This document shows, piece by piece, positions 36,296-48,268 of a stretch of 64,000 bases of DNA. Under the pieces are notes generated by a model. It searched no databases and had not been told where the DNA came from. It was given only the letters and a program-made list of their open reading frames with translations. Numbering within the stretch: the first letter of the stretch is position 1; each line of letters opens with the position of its first letter. The position numbers were made by a program, and so were the translations under genes. This DNA is from Ascidiella aspersa (taxonomy: Eukaryota): assembly GCA_963924565.1 (NCBI GenBank), contig OZ004611.1, positions 26,660,001 through 26,724,000 of the forward strand. Direction: 5' to 3'.

Positions 36296-38864
36296 ATGAA
36301 CTTACATATCTTTCTGCTTCTGATGATTGTGGTAATTCTAGAGATATCAACAAAACCGAGCCAAGCAAAGACACCTTTTGATTCAAGCAGTCGTTTGAAA
36401 GGTATTTACAAATTCATTTAAACGTTTTACAGTGACAAATGACAGCCTCGAGGGCGAAAACATTAATGCGGGAATGCTACGAAAAGTCCCTGCAAAGCAC
36501 ACAATGTATGAATGCCGCCGCCAAAGCGAAGACTCAGCCCACATGGCACAGCTTCACAGTTTTCGGCAGAAGGCGAACTAGCAAAACCAAACGCTTTCAC
36601 TATTTTCTTGACTTTCACACACTAAACGAAACCCACATACTCTTTCTCTTTTGAATAACATACATAGGCATTTTAAGGTGTTTAATGAACCGTAACGGTT
36701 TTTACATTGCTCCAAGTCTCTATAAACATCCAACTTGAGTAAATACAGTTAGATGAAATAGTAACGGTACCTCAGGTTTTGTAGTGATCAACAGTGCAGA
36801 AAAAATTCATATAGGACTGTCTGTTTACTATGTATTGGACAGGAATTAATAGTAATAAAGACCAGTAATAAAAAAACGCCTAGTAATAAGGACCACGCAT
36901 AAACACTAGATCTTAAGCGTGGTTTCAATACAAAAAAGCCATAACATTTGAAAAAAATCGACATTTCGTTATTTACAAATGACTTAGCAATACCTTATTC
37001 CATCGATCGCAATCGTCACTCGTAATTATTGCCAAAACGTTTCTAAACAACGAAATGTCGCTTTTATCGAAAACTTAACGCTGTTACTTTGATCAAAATA
37101 GGAATTGCGTGGCAGTAATTTAAGAAATAAATATTCTTACAATTTTCGTCCATTAGTTGAAAAGCATTCAATTTAGTATTTGTACTTACACAAATAATAT
37201 GTTACTTGCATTGCAGTAAACGAACGAACGGTGGAACTCGCAAATAACGAGAAAACTTCAGCTATCCAAGGCCCGGTAACTAACCCATTTTATTTTTTCG
37301 ACGATGATATTATTCTAAAATTTTCGTTCTTATTGCTAAAGACTTGGACTTTAATTAACCTTTAACAGCTTTTATGGTATGAACCGCGCTCTTGGCTTTA
37401 AACAATGCTTTGCTGTACGACACATATTGTAAAATAAAAATAAATGAGTTTTCACATTAGAAACGTGTTTTGGGATGATTTCAAAAGCATAATTATTAAA
37501 CGTACCCAGATAGTCAACTCCAAAACGTGTCGTAGGTCATTATCAGTTCTTTGCTAAAACAGATTTCCTTATTGAAAATTTAAATTATTTAACGTACTGC
37601 CGAAGGTTACTAATTCTCGATAACCATATAAATTATTACCTTTCTTGTTTTGCTTCAAATTTTAGTTGACAGTCGTTCTGTTACGTCACAAGCGCTCGCA
37701 CCTCAACGAAAGCGAAAAACGGCAGAAGCGCTGTCACCGATACTGCAAAATCCACTCATGTAAAACTTACAAGCGGAGAACAGGTAAAAATGTCAGACTA
37801 TATACGTCAGTAGAAATGTGCGGCAATTCGTATAGCTTATTACAATACCAGATATTTTGGACAAAAAGTCCAAAAACAAACATCCTAAAACTAACATCCA
37901 AATCAAACGTCCTAAGGCTACGCCTATGCGTACACCAGTAGTAAAGATGCAGGTTTTATGTTACTGTTTTCTTATTATCAATAAGTTGCATTTTAAATTA
38001 TTGCTATTATTTTGGCCATATCTCATTGTTGGTTGCACAATAAAACTTGCATTAAAAGTGCGTCGCTAACTGAAAAGGGTTGGGAAGGACTGCTTTAGGA
38101 AATATAAAAAGGATTAATAGGTTTGTACTGCATCCGCAATTATTATAAAGTGCTATGGCAATTCTTATTCAGTGTAATAAATTTCCAATCTAAGGGACCA
38201 TGTTGGCCAATACTTTAAAAGTTTTAACGTAATGTTTTCAGGTTGCCTTGACAGTATTTGTTTACTATACGTCACCTTGTAAAGTGGAAAACGTTAGGTT
38301 AAATCGTGAAACTTAACTTTAAAAAAGTTAAAAAAAAGCTTCTAAAAATTAATTGCTTATTAGTAAAACGTCGGCACCGGTAATATCTTAGTATCGGCGA
38401 TGTCCGATTATAATAATATTATTGAAGCCGATACATGATATTATTTGATCGCATCGGCACTCGTCCGGCACTATTGTGGTATTGGTGCCGATTTGGCTGA
38501 GGTTTGCGATCTAACTTACAGATGTTTCTACGTCGAAAAAAAAATCTCTAAATACAGAATATAAATGTATTACTTTGGTTTTTATTTGACCAGATTTACT
38601 GAGTTCACAAAAGTATTGATGGTATATGGCGTTGGGTGGGACGGTTATACTTTTCACCCAAAGAGTGTCGATATCACATAAAATACGAAGTTTCGGGCAT
38701 CCGTCCAATTGTTTTTCGGAAACTTTCTTATGGCTAACCGAAGTCCGTTGGAATTTCATTTATGTACACCATAAAAAATGTACTGAAATTTTTATATTTT
38801 TGCAGTGCATAAAAGATGTGCTGTATGCAAGCTTCGTGTCTGCGGAATTCAGCTTCCCTTGTGA
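36296..38864 (+). CDS. Cysteine-rich cationic prepropeptide B (turgencin-like), 113 aa
   Basis: Exons 36296-36401, 37217-37275, 37666-37783, 38806-38864 (phases 1,0,1). Protein MNLHIFLLLMIVVILEISTKPSQA-KTPFDSSSRLKVNERTVELANNEKTSAIQGPLTVVLLRHKR|SHLNESEKRQKR|CHRYCKIHSCKTYKRRTVHKRCAVCKLRVCGIQLPL*. Two furin-type RxKR sites; C-x3-C-x4-C-x11-C-x2-C-x4-C. Confidence 0.87.
37915..38189 (+). repeat. 275-bp near-identical duplicate of 40861-41135
   Basis: Both run from aggctacgcctatgcgtacacc to gtaataaatttccaat, same length, only a few substitutions. Confidence 0.9.
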
Positions 38865-40522
38865 GAAAATCATATGCGATCGGAAGGCACTACGAGATCT
38901 ATGTTGATGCAGACGCCTTCTTTTCTTTCATCCACGATTAATATTTTGCACAGTCACGGTCACCTAGTGCGCGCTTTTAAGCAAAACGAACGGGTGTAAA
39001 ACAAACTGTAATCTTTCAACGTATTGCTCAGTCATTTCAAGTACGTTTATTTATTGATGTTTGCTGTATGAGCGATCGTATTTCGAACATATGTTTCACC
39101 AAGCATAGTTTACATACTTATATATAGTCCCACTGTGTTAAAATCGGTCCACGTTAAACAATTTTATGGGGGGTAGGGGATGTATCTACTGAAAATCGCT
39201 AGGTCACTTTGGCAAGCACAATCGGTTGTACCAATTAGAATGATTTTCAGTGCCGTCCATTAACATGCAAAATTAATCGAGGTATTTTAGTTTGACGTAC
39301 ATTTTACCCGGGGCAATGAGTTTTGGAAAGCTTCACCTTTTCTTTTTATACATTTGTTTTCTGCCTATAAAAACGTGGTTGCTTCTGCTATGTTTGTACT
39401 CGCTTTGACACTGTGATTATGTATATTCTGTATATATTTTTCGCAAATATATATAAAATATCAAAAGGTAAACTAACTTTGCAACAGCAAACGTTTCTTC
39501 GCAAATATATTTCAGGAAAAATTAACGCAAGCATTTTAAACTTAAATACGACAAAAGTAGTAAAAAGTTGGCGAACCATAAATCACAAAAATATGGTGTC
39601 CAAGATCCTAAAAGGTAAAAAAAGATCTAAAATACCTTTATTTAAAAACAGAAAACTGAACAGTTACGCTAAAACGGCAAGATCCAAAAAAATTTTTGCT
39701 CAATGTAAAAATAACAACATGAATTCATAACCGTTTTTGTAACGCACAAAAAAAAACGCAAGCTCAGTTGGTAGGGTGTGGAATCTACAGTTTCGCTAGG
39801 AATACAAGTGTGTGTAGCTGGCAAAAGTATGTCAGCAAAAATCATCCGAAAATTTGGTAATAAGTATTCGGTTGTCGGGCATGGATGCCGCAGACGATAA
39901 ATAACCTTTTGGTTTGTATCCAAACGGGCGAATTTGAAAGGTTAAGCCGACGACTTTGTAACCACCCAGACCGTAACGTAGCGTTCAGTCAACAACATAC
40001 TGTAAAATAACGTCCAAACGCGAAAATAAAAGTTCAAGGGATTTCTTCTAGACCAGACGTTAGGTTTTAACATATCTGCGAAGAAATCCTCCGCGTATGT
40101 GTTTTTATGGCTGTTGAGCATTTTACTGTTTGAGGAATAGCTAAGCAAATAAGCCTATTTAAACTGTTAAAAAGTATTGAAATGAATACATTCCATTGAG
40201 TGTTCGCTGTAAAATAGCACAGAGGTTAAGAAATCACTGATCGGAATGTTTTGATCAAATCGAGTCTAGAATGAGGGAATATATCAAGGTGGTGCAATTG
40301 TTAGTGAAACAGATTTAAACTGGAAAGTTCTATTGCCGTGGGTTTTCCCTTTGCTATACGCAATACAAACAGGCTTTATCATTATAAATCGTTATGAGTA
40401 GTTGTTATAGTAGCAAGGCAATACGACAACAGCAAATGGAAATGTGGAATGCCTCGATATTTTATGAGTGGTAAACAACACAAACGGATGTTAATTGTAC
40501 GAAAACAGAATATCCTTTAGGG

Positions 40523-41038
40523 CATTGCTTCCCAACCAGTGGGTTGCGAAGCATTTCTAAATGTTACAGTTTTGTATTAGACCAGGAAATGATTGCATTA
40601 TGATTGCGTAACATTCATGCAACAATGTAACAAATACGTAACAGTTATATGTGTTTTGTTGAACTAACTGCTTTAGCACGTACACCCAGTGGCGTAGCCA
40701 GCCAAAAATGGGGGGAGGGGGGCAAAAGCATGACTATTGAAAGGCGTGACATGCCTGTGATCGACTGTTGTGGTACTGCTCATAAATGCCCCCCCCCCAA
40801 AAAAAAAAAATTTAAAACAGTAAAATATTTATAAATTTTTTTTGGGGGGCATGGCCCCTCAGGCTACGCCTATGCGTACACCATTAGTAAAGATGCAGGT
40901 TTTATGTACCTGTTTTCTTATTATCAATAAGTTGCATTTTAAATTATTGCTAATAATTTGGCCATATCTCATTGTGGGTTGCACAATAAAACTTGCATTA
41001 AAAGTGCGTCGCTAACTGAAAAGGGTTGGGAAGGACTG
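40523..41038. mobile_element. Nested hAT-type MITEs
   Basis: Outer element cattgcttcccaacc / ggttgggaaggactg with TSD ctttaggg/ctttagga. Inner element 40687-40874 (cagtggcgtagcc / ggctacgcctatg) with perfect 8-bp TSD cgtacacc. Confidence 0.78.
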
Positions 41039-43716
41039 CTTTAGGAAATATAAAAAGGATTAATAGGTTTGTACTGCATCCGCAATTATTATAAAGTGCT
41101 ATGGCAATTCTTATTCAGTGTAATAAATTTCCAATTTTGTTTGAACAAATGCCAGTGAAAGCCTTACGTGGAAAGCACTGCTATGGTCACATACATGACA
41201 AAACCTAATCAACCGTGATAAAGAGCCGATCAGCGTAATACCAGTACCGCTGTTTGGGGTTCGTATACTACAATAAGTGATATCCATGCAGTTTAACAGC
41301 GATTCGTTTATGCTAGGATAAATGATAGCCAAGCATGTTTTACCAAGAACAGTGTTATAACGCGATTTTCTCACGAAACGTTGCTTTAGTTGCAAAGGTC
41401 TGTAGCCTCTTGGTTTCAATGCTGGTTACCGTTGCTAATAGTAAAGAGTGTCGTGATACTTTATGTACTTTTAATGGTTTTAATTTTTGCTCTATTGGTA
41501 AGCTTCCTGATACCTTGTTTGTGTACGAATTTAGCTCGATAAACCTAGAAGTATTTTCCTACAATGTGCACAGTTCTAGAGAGTAGTTTCAATTTTTATA
41601 GTGAAATTAAAGCAAATTACCTAAAAAAAACATGCCGCAATCCATTTCTCTCTCTGTAGAGCGACGTAAGCCAAACCACTTGGGAACCACTAGTTTAGTG
41701 CACCGAAATATTAAATTGGCTGGCTTGTTTGGAAGCAGCCGTGAGAATCTGCACTTGAGATTACACTGACATCCATTGGTTGCCACGCAGCGATGTTATT
41801 GAATGGGAAAACGCTTGGGGTTTATGTTTATTCTGGTGGCACTCGGGCCGACCAGACGTCACGTCTGTTTCCAAACAGCTTGGCCGACGCCGAAAGGACG
41901 CCGGGCGAAATTTACATCCAGGTTGCGGCGTCACCACAAGCTAGCCAAGCGCTTGGGGCTTTTGGAACGACCTGAAAGCAGCGCCAAGGACGCGCAAATC
42001 GACGAATTGCGATGGAGGCGGGGCATTGTGCTCGTATGTTTATCGGTCGCGGGAATAGATTGGCTGGGAAGGCGACTGTTAGGAAACGTTCGACTGTAGA
42101 CACAAAGGCGTATTGTCGCGACGCTTTGAAACAGGCACGACACGGCAATAAAACGGAGCACTGGCCACCAAACAAATATAGATAGGCAAGCGCGCTGTCA
42201 AAGAAAGACCCTGCCTCGGACGATAAAGCGCCTGTTGGATTTTTTGGGATAGACGGGGGTTTCCGAACCGGCAAATGCGCAAACCGTTTCTCACGAAAAA
42301 AACGGGTATAATCACATTCGAGCACAAAAGATCGTCGTGCCGCTGCAAAAAAGAGAGGTGGAACGTGTCGTGGTCTCGCGACAATACAAAGCCGGGGGGT
42401 CGCTTGCGAAATAAAGCCTTGTGTACCTCCCGGTGAGTATAAAACTGACCTTTAGCTGTCGAGAGGGCACCAGACGTTATAAGCTGCGCAATATCGGGCG
42501 ACGGGGAGCCATTGCACAGCCTTATGCAGTCGGAAAGTCTTTGCTAGCGGGCCTGGGCCATTTGCGTTCAAGTATCAGCTCGAATTTGCGTGAATCTGCC
42601 TTTCTGTAGCGGTTTAGAGAAGGCTAAAAATTCGGTGTATTGCTTCAACACTTGTTTTGCCTTCGGTTTGCAGCCAACTAAAATGATTACTTTGTCAAAT
42701 GTTCAGACGTTTGCGTACATAACGGTAAATTCTTGTAATCGCAGATTGGGTTGCTAGCGACTGCCAACTCGGGGCAAAAACTGCCAAGTAAGGTTTACGT
42801 TAGCTGGAGTTAAACAGTAAGGCTGGCAAGGATTGTCTAAATCAGCCTGGTCAAACTTTACAATCCGCGACCGGTGTTGGTAATTTTGAACTTTTTCGAA
42901 CTTTTATAGATTGACATAGATGACTAGAACATTTCTCCTTGTCCGCTTCTGAACGCTAAACTAAGTCAAGGAATGGGTTTTATTAGTGTAAGGTTTGCAT
43001 GTAGAAAGTCAGGAAAAAAACAACTTATATATAAAAAGGCTTGTGCGAAAGTGATGTAACCCTGATTGACGCCTTTTACTTTTTGCAATAATCTTAGTTT
43101 AGGAAGCCCTGTTGTACATTACTAAAAAAAATTGTTGCCGGTTACCAATAAGTTTTGCATTGACCAATATCCAAACAACAGAAAGCAAAATTTCCGTCTA
43201 AAAACGTTTTTCCAGGCAATAGAATGCAACCCACGCTGTAAGGGTCGACTAACTATAGATAGCTATCACACAATATTTACAAGGTTTAAACAGATACCGA
43301 AACTATATAGGTGACCTGAAGTGAGTGGGCCGCAATACAAGCAGCACGTAGGCACCCTGGTTGTCTCAATTAGAGCACGTTGTAATATAAAACGATTGCA
43401 AGACAGGTCTAGGTTTGAGTTGGTCTGTTTGGGGCGATGACGTTTTTCACACTTTCGCATCGACCAACTAAGCGAAGGGGCGGCAAAGGGATCTGTTTGT
43501 GTTCCCCTACTGTGTGCAAACTATAGGATTTCGGCGCGCCAAAGCTTGGATTATGTTTGGTGGCACGTTTACGCACCGCTTCTCATCGGAAATAGTGAAA
43601 AGGGCTCTACGGTCGACGCACCGAGCAGAAAGGCTTGAAATGTGGTAGAAGTTACTATATAGTAAATGAGAATTAGGAAAAATGTTATATGGATTGAATA
43701 AATGCTAATTTCGCAG

Positions 43717-44285
43717 GGCAGAAACGTTTTGTGCTTCATTTTGCCCAAAGAGCAAAGGACCGATGTTGGCCAACAAAGACCAGTTACAATGTAGTATGCA
43801 TGGGACAAGTAAAACGAGGCTTCATAAGATTAAAAAAAATTATTGCATTGACTGAATTTAAAATCTCGCAAGACAGAAATGTTATAAGATTCATATTGCC
43901 CAAAGGGCAAGGACAGATTTTGGCCAATAAAAATCAGTTACAGTCTTGGGGTGTGGGACAATTAAAACGGGGCTTCGCAATTTTGAAAAAAAAAATTGTT
44001 GCATTGACTGAATCTAAACCTTCGCAAGACAGAAATGTTATAAGATTCATATTGCCCAAAGGGCAAGGACAGATTTTGGCCAATAAAAATCAGTTACAGT
44101 CTTGGGGTGTGGGACAATTAAAACGGGGCTTCGCAATTTTGAAAAAAAAAATTGTTGCATTGACTGAATCTAAACCTTCGCAAGACAGAAATGTTATGAG
44201 ATTCATATGGCCCAAGAGCTAAGGACCGCTTTTGACCAATAAAATCAGTTAACATGTAGTGGAATAGGACAATTAAAGCGGGACT
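43717..44285. repeat. 156-bp tandem repeat, ~3.6 copies, upstream of peptide gene C
   Basis: agacagaaatgtta recurs at 43871, 44027 and 44183 (period 156). The central units are essentially identical and the outer units are diverged. Confidence 0.9.
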
Positions 44286-44563
44286 TGTGATGTTACCGCA
44301 ACCGCAAAACGCAAACAACAGCTTTGGCATTTTCAATCAAGGTGAGCAAAACAGTTTTCGCTGAAAAAACCCCACCTCTTTGTCACAGCCCTTAGCGGTG
44401 ATAATTGGACGTGCAATAAAATGATAATAAACTTAAATTCTCGCGTTTACGACAAGTCAACATTCCCAAAGGCCTTCGAGCGTGTCGCGCTACAGTTGAA
44501 TTGCACAATAGCCTTTTCGTTTGCCTTCAGATTTCGAGTAAGTTTTGGTAAAAACCGTACAGA

Positions 44564-47500
44564 ATGAACGTGAAAATGTCACTGGTTCTACTGATGTGTA
44601 TTTTGCTGGTGGCGCTGATTCAAACGACAAAAAGTGGCGCAATACAAGATGAATCGCTACGGCATCAAGGTAAGACAATATACAATTCTAGTACTGTATT
44701 GGGATTTAGACCGTAAATAGCTCTGTTCGAATTGGAAACAGTGGCGTGTAATCCAACAGAGAACCGTTAAAATATTTACTAAATAATTGATATTGGTTGA
44801 AATTAGGCTATTTAAGAGAATTCACCTCTCGGCACTATGCATAGGCCACTAGTCAACAATACAATTCTAGTACTGACTTAGGATTTAGTTTAGGACTGTA
44901 AACGGTTCTGTTCGAATATAAAATAGTGGCGTGGAATCTACAAGAGGACGGTTAAAATACAGACGAAAATGTTTAATGTCGGTTGAAATTAGGCCACCTA
45001 GGATAACTAAGGTCTCAGTACTATACATACTAACCAACAGTACAAATTTACAAAATAATTATGTACACATTAAATTCACATAGCTTAAGCTTTGTTTAGT
45101 GCTTTAATGACTACAAAATACTTTGTCCAGCTTCATTGCTAAATGTTAACAGAAATCCAGTTATACAAGTGCGTGAGAAGCGAGTTTACTGCGCAAATGT
45201 CTTAGAGGGGGCACCACGAATAAAATGTGTGATCTTAGGCAAGTTGTGCACTCTTTTAAAAAGCAATTGTACTTCAGAAATTTTCACTAAACTGTCCCTG
45301 GTTTCTTTCAATGCGCTGGCATAAGTTGTTTATCGAGTCACGGTTCAATGCACATCTTAACCTATTGTTGCGTTAAGCAAAGGTCCGTGACCAACTGTAT
45401 TAAACTTTAAAAAGAAATATATATAAGCCCTTGATGTTGGAAAATGATTTTCGACGTCCAAAATGCTACCTACTTCTGTATGGGCCTTGATATCCATATT
45501 TAGCATACCAATATCTACCATACCCATTACGCCGGATAGAATTACAGCGAAAAAGACTATACGTTGGGTTCTAACCTTAAAACTTAAACGTATTTCTGAT
45601 AAATCTGTACTTGCTCTAGTCTACACTATAGTAATGGACGGAATAACTTAATGTGACCCACAGACCAAACACGTACTACCCAAATATTTTATAATAGTTC
45701 TAACATCAATTTTACCAAATAAATGGATTTTAAAGAAACAACCAGATACCCAGATAACCATTTTGTAAATCATTCTGTGCTTACAACTAGGGATGTCCGA
45801 TTATATCGGTTCGAAGCCGATACACGATGCCAAGTTGTAGTATCGGTACACGTCCGATATTATATCGGTTACACAAAATATAGGATTTTTAGCCATGATT
45901 TGCGATATAAAGCAGCGATTCTACCTTGAATATAAATTTAACAGAAACATAGTAGGTTAACAACTGGACCTAACTAAACTTCCCAACGCTTTAAAACAAA
46001 TATCTTTACATGTTGTAATTTTATCTCTGCTGGTTTTGCTTAGTAATGACGTCATTTGGTATCGGATCGCGATACTTTTTATTCAAATTATATAGGGGTA
46101 CCGGAAAGTGCTAAGTATCGGACATCACAACTTACAACCCTGGGCTGTTTATCTTCATATATCATAACATGAAAACTGAACGGCGAAAAATTATATATAT
46201 TAAATATAAAAACCTGTATTTCAGGAAAGCTTTCGACGAATTTGGCCAGCCAGTCTCAAAACACCGAATTGACTGCTCTTGACGTCGAACTGGTGCGTTT
46301 CTAAACGTAAAAATATTGTATTTTTTTATCTAAAAACACAATTTCAATTTCAGATCGGAAGATAATGATGTTGTTTGCTAAATTGAGCATGTTTTCCTTA
46401 AACAATATTTACAAAGAGACTTTCGGTTTAAAGCTTTCAGCTAAAGTGTACGACGCAAAATTAGCGTTGAAATTTATTTTGGTAAAAATATTTACCATAG
46501 AAATCAGTTCATATTCGTTGTTGACTTTTATAAAGAATCTTCTATCTAACTTGAATTGCGTTTTTCTGTTTATTGTGGCAATATTGCGAGTTTCGATTTT
46601 TTAAGGAAAAAATTATCATCGCAAAACGTTGCTCCTTTTTTCCTAATTGTCTAAATATCGCGAAGGGATATATTTTACCGTAGTTTCTAGTTTGGATATT
46701 CGTAACTCCAATATAAACACAGGACAACATGGAATAACGAAACACTTGCAATAATACATAAACAGAAGAAACGGCATGGTACCTTATAAATCCAAATATA
46801 TACCTAGAGGTGAAGACAGATTAAAAACTCTATAGTAAAAAATAAGTAAAACTGTCAGTAAAAAATGTTACTGTTTAATTATTGCAAACTCCATTCAAAA
46901 CGTTTTTTAAAACAATTTTCGCCAAATTTTGCAAGCGTGCCCTGCTTCCTAAATGCATTCTTAAACACGGAGATTGTGCGTTAAATAGGTCTTAACCAAA
47001 ATATGTGCGCTTTCAAAGCAGGAAGAAGACTTGCCACACGTGAGAGTTAGACGATCCTACCGCAGGAATTACTTCCACCGACGATGCAAGATTTTTGCTT
47101 GCAAACTACGCTCGTGTGCTTTCCTCAGAAGATATAAAGGTTGGATTCAAATTATGTGTGTTTTCATGCGAAAGTCAGTTACAAGAATTTAACGCAGTAT
47201 TATTAAACTGTGTGCCTCGCGCGCAGAACCTTTTTGTCATTTCGCAAAATAAACCATACGTGTTATATTAGGAGGCGCAGCCATGCGAGACTTGAATGTA
47301 CAATATCCTTTATAGGTGAATCAGGTGGCACTATATAAAGACAACTTGTATTGAAATCTTGACACGCTTTTGCACAAACGAGTTACATCAGGTCACAGTA
47401 GGGATCTGATGAAGCACGGTTGTACGAAAGCTTACCAAGACTTTAATATAATTTGTCTTTACATAGTGCCACCTGATCACCCTATTTAGAGTTAGACAAA

Positions 47501-48268
47501 TACAGCTACCTATGATATAGCTGGCAATAGGGGTGATTGTTAAATTAAAATTGTATTAGTTTGTAAAACGTTTTAGACGAAATTAATTTTGACGTTTAAC
47601 CCTTTCTCCTTAATTTTATTGCAAGTTCCAATAGTCACTAAATTGCGAGGGGTAGAACTCCTGAAAAATTTGGAAGGGGGCACAGATTTAATTCGTAGCT
47701 TTTCCGTCATTGTTAAAACAATGTCTTGCAAAAAAATAACAAAAGCTGTTAGAATGCATTCTACTTGCGATTTGAATTACAATAGAGGGTTTACAAAGGA
47801 AAATGTCAAAAAAAGTTATACTGGTTCTATATACTCCCCTTAAATGTGTAAGTTGGTCGGACAAAGCAAACGAAATACCGCCGCTTTAATGGTGGCCGAT
47901 TAAGGGTTTTGTGGCCCGAATACAAAGCTTTATGGGGGCTGTTCGCAAACTGCAAGCGCTTTAACTTAAAGCAAGCTACACTGTAGCTCGCTAAAGGTTA
48001 AAAACAAGCGCTAATATCAAAGCCCACACAGAAGTATACTATAGGTAGCATTTTGAACGTTTTGAATAAATCTAAAAAAAAAAAAGTGATATTCGGAACG
48101 TTTAAAAAGTCACCTACTTTTGTGTATGGGCTTTGATATTCTTACTACGTCTTACTACTGCAACCTCCAAACTTTATGCTCCAAAACGCTATATCTTCTT
48201 GTACATTTTCAGTGAGAAGAAACTGCCAACGCTGTCACCGGTTCTCGTGCGGAGTCAAGTTATTTTAG
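44564..48268 (+). CDS. Cysteine-rich cationic prepropeptide C (turgencin-like), 115 aa
   Basis: Exons 44564-44669, 46225-46292, 47022-47139, 48213-48268 (phases 1,0,1). Protein MNVKMSLVLLMCILLVALIQTTKS-GAIQDESLRHQGKLSTNLASQSQNTELTALDVELEEDLPHVRVRR|SYRRNYFHRRCKIFACKLRSCAFLRRYKVRRNCQRCHRFSCGVKLF*. RVRR furin site; 46-aa mature peptide with 15 K/R, no D/E, 6 Cys. Confidence 0.88.
44679..45045. repeat. Diverged ~180-bp tandem duplication in intron 1 of gene C
   Basis: tacaattctagtactg ... ctgttcgaat ... agtggcgtg ... ggttgaaattaggc occurs twice in tandem. Confidence 0.75.
45788..46130. mobile_element. hAT-type MITE (gggatgtccgat family)
   Basis: TIRs tagggatgtccgat / atcggacatcacaa; perfect 8-bp TSD cttacaac (45780-45787, 46131-46138). 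Related decayed pieces near 10050-10380, 21270-21356 and 38395. Confidence 0.8.
47311..47484. repeat. Inverted repeat / MITE-like hairpin in intron 3 of gene C
   Basis: atcaggtggcactatataaagacaa ... ttgtctttacatagtgccacctgat with ~50-bp arms. Confidence 0.7.
48013..48140. mobile_element. Small palindromic MITE (aatatcaaagcccatacagaagtag family)
   Basis: Arms aatatcaaagcccacacagaagta / cctacttttgtgtatgggctttgatatt. Full copy at 62660-62788; decayed or half copies near 4990, 25510-25660, 45463 and 57055-57130. Confidence 0.7.

Noticed and set aside
43731-44222. 163-aa ORF with internal repeats
   Set aside because: By-product of a 156-bp (52-codon) tandem repeat; non-ATG start and no recognisable domain.
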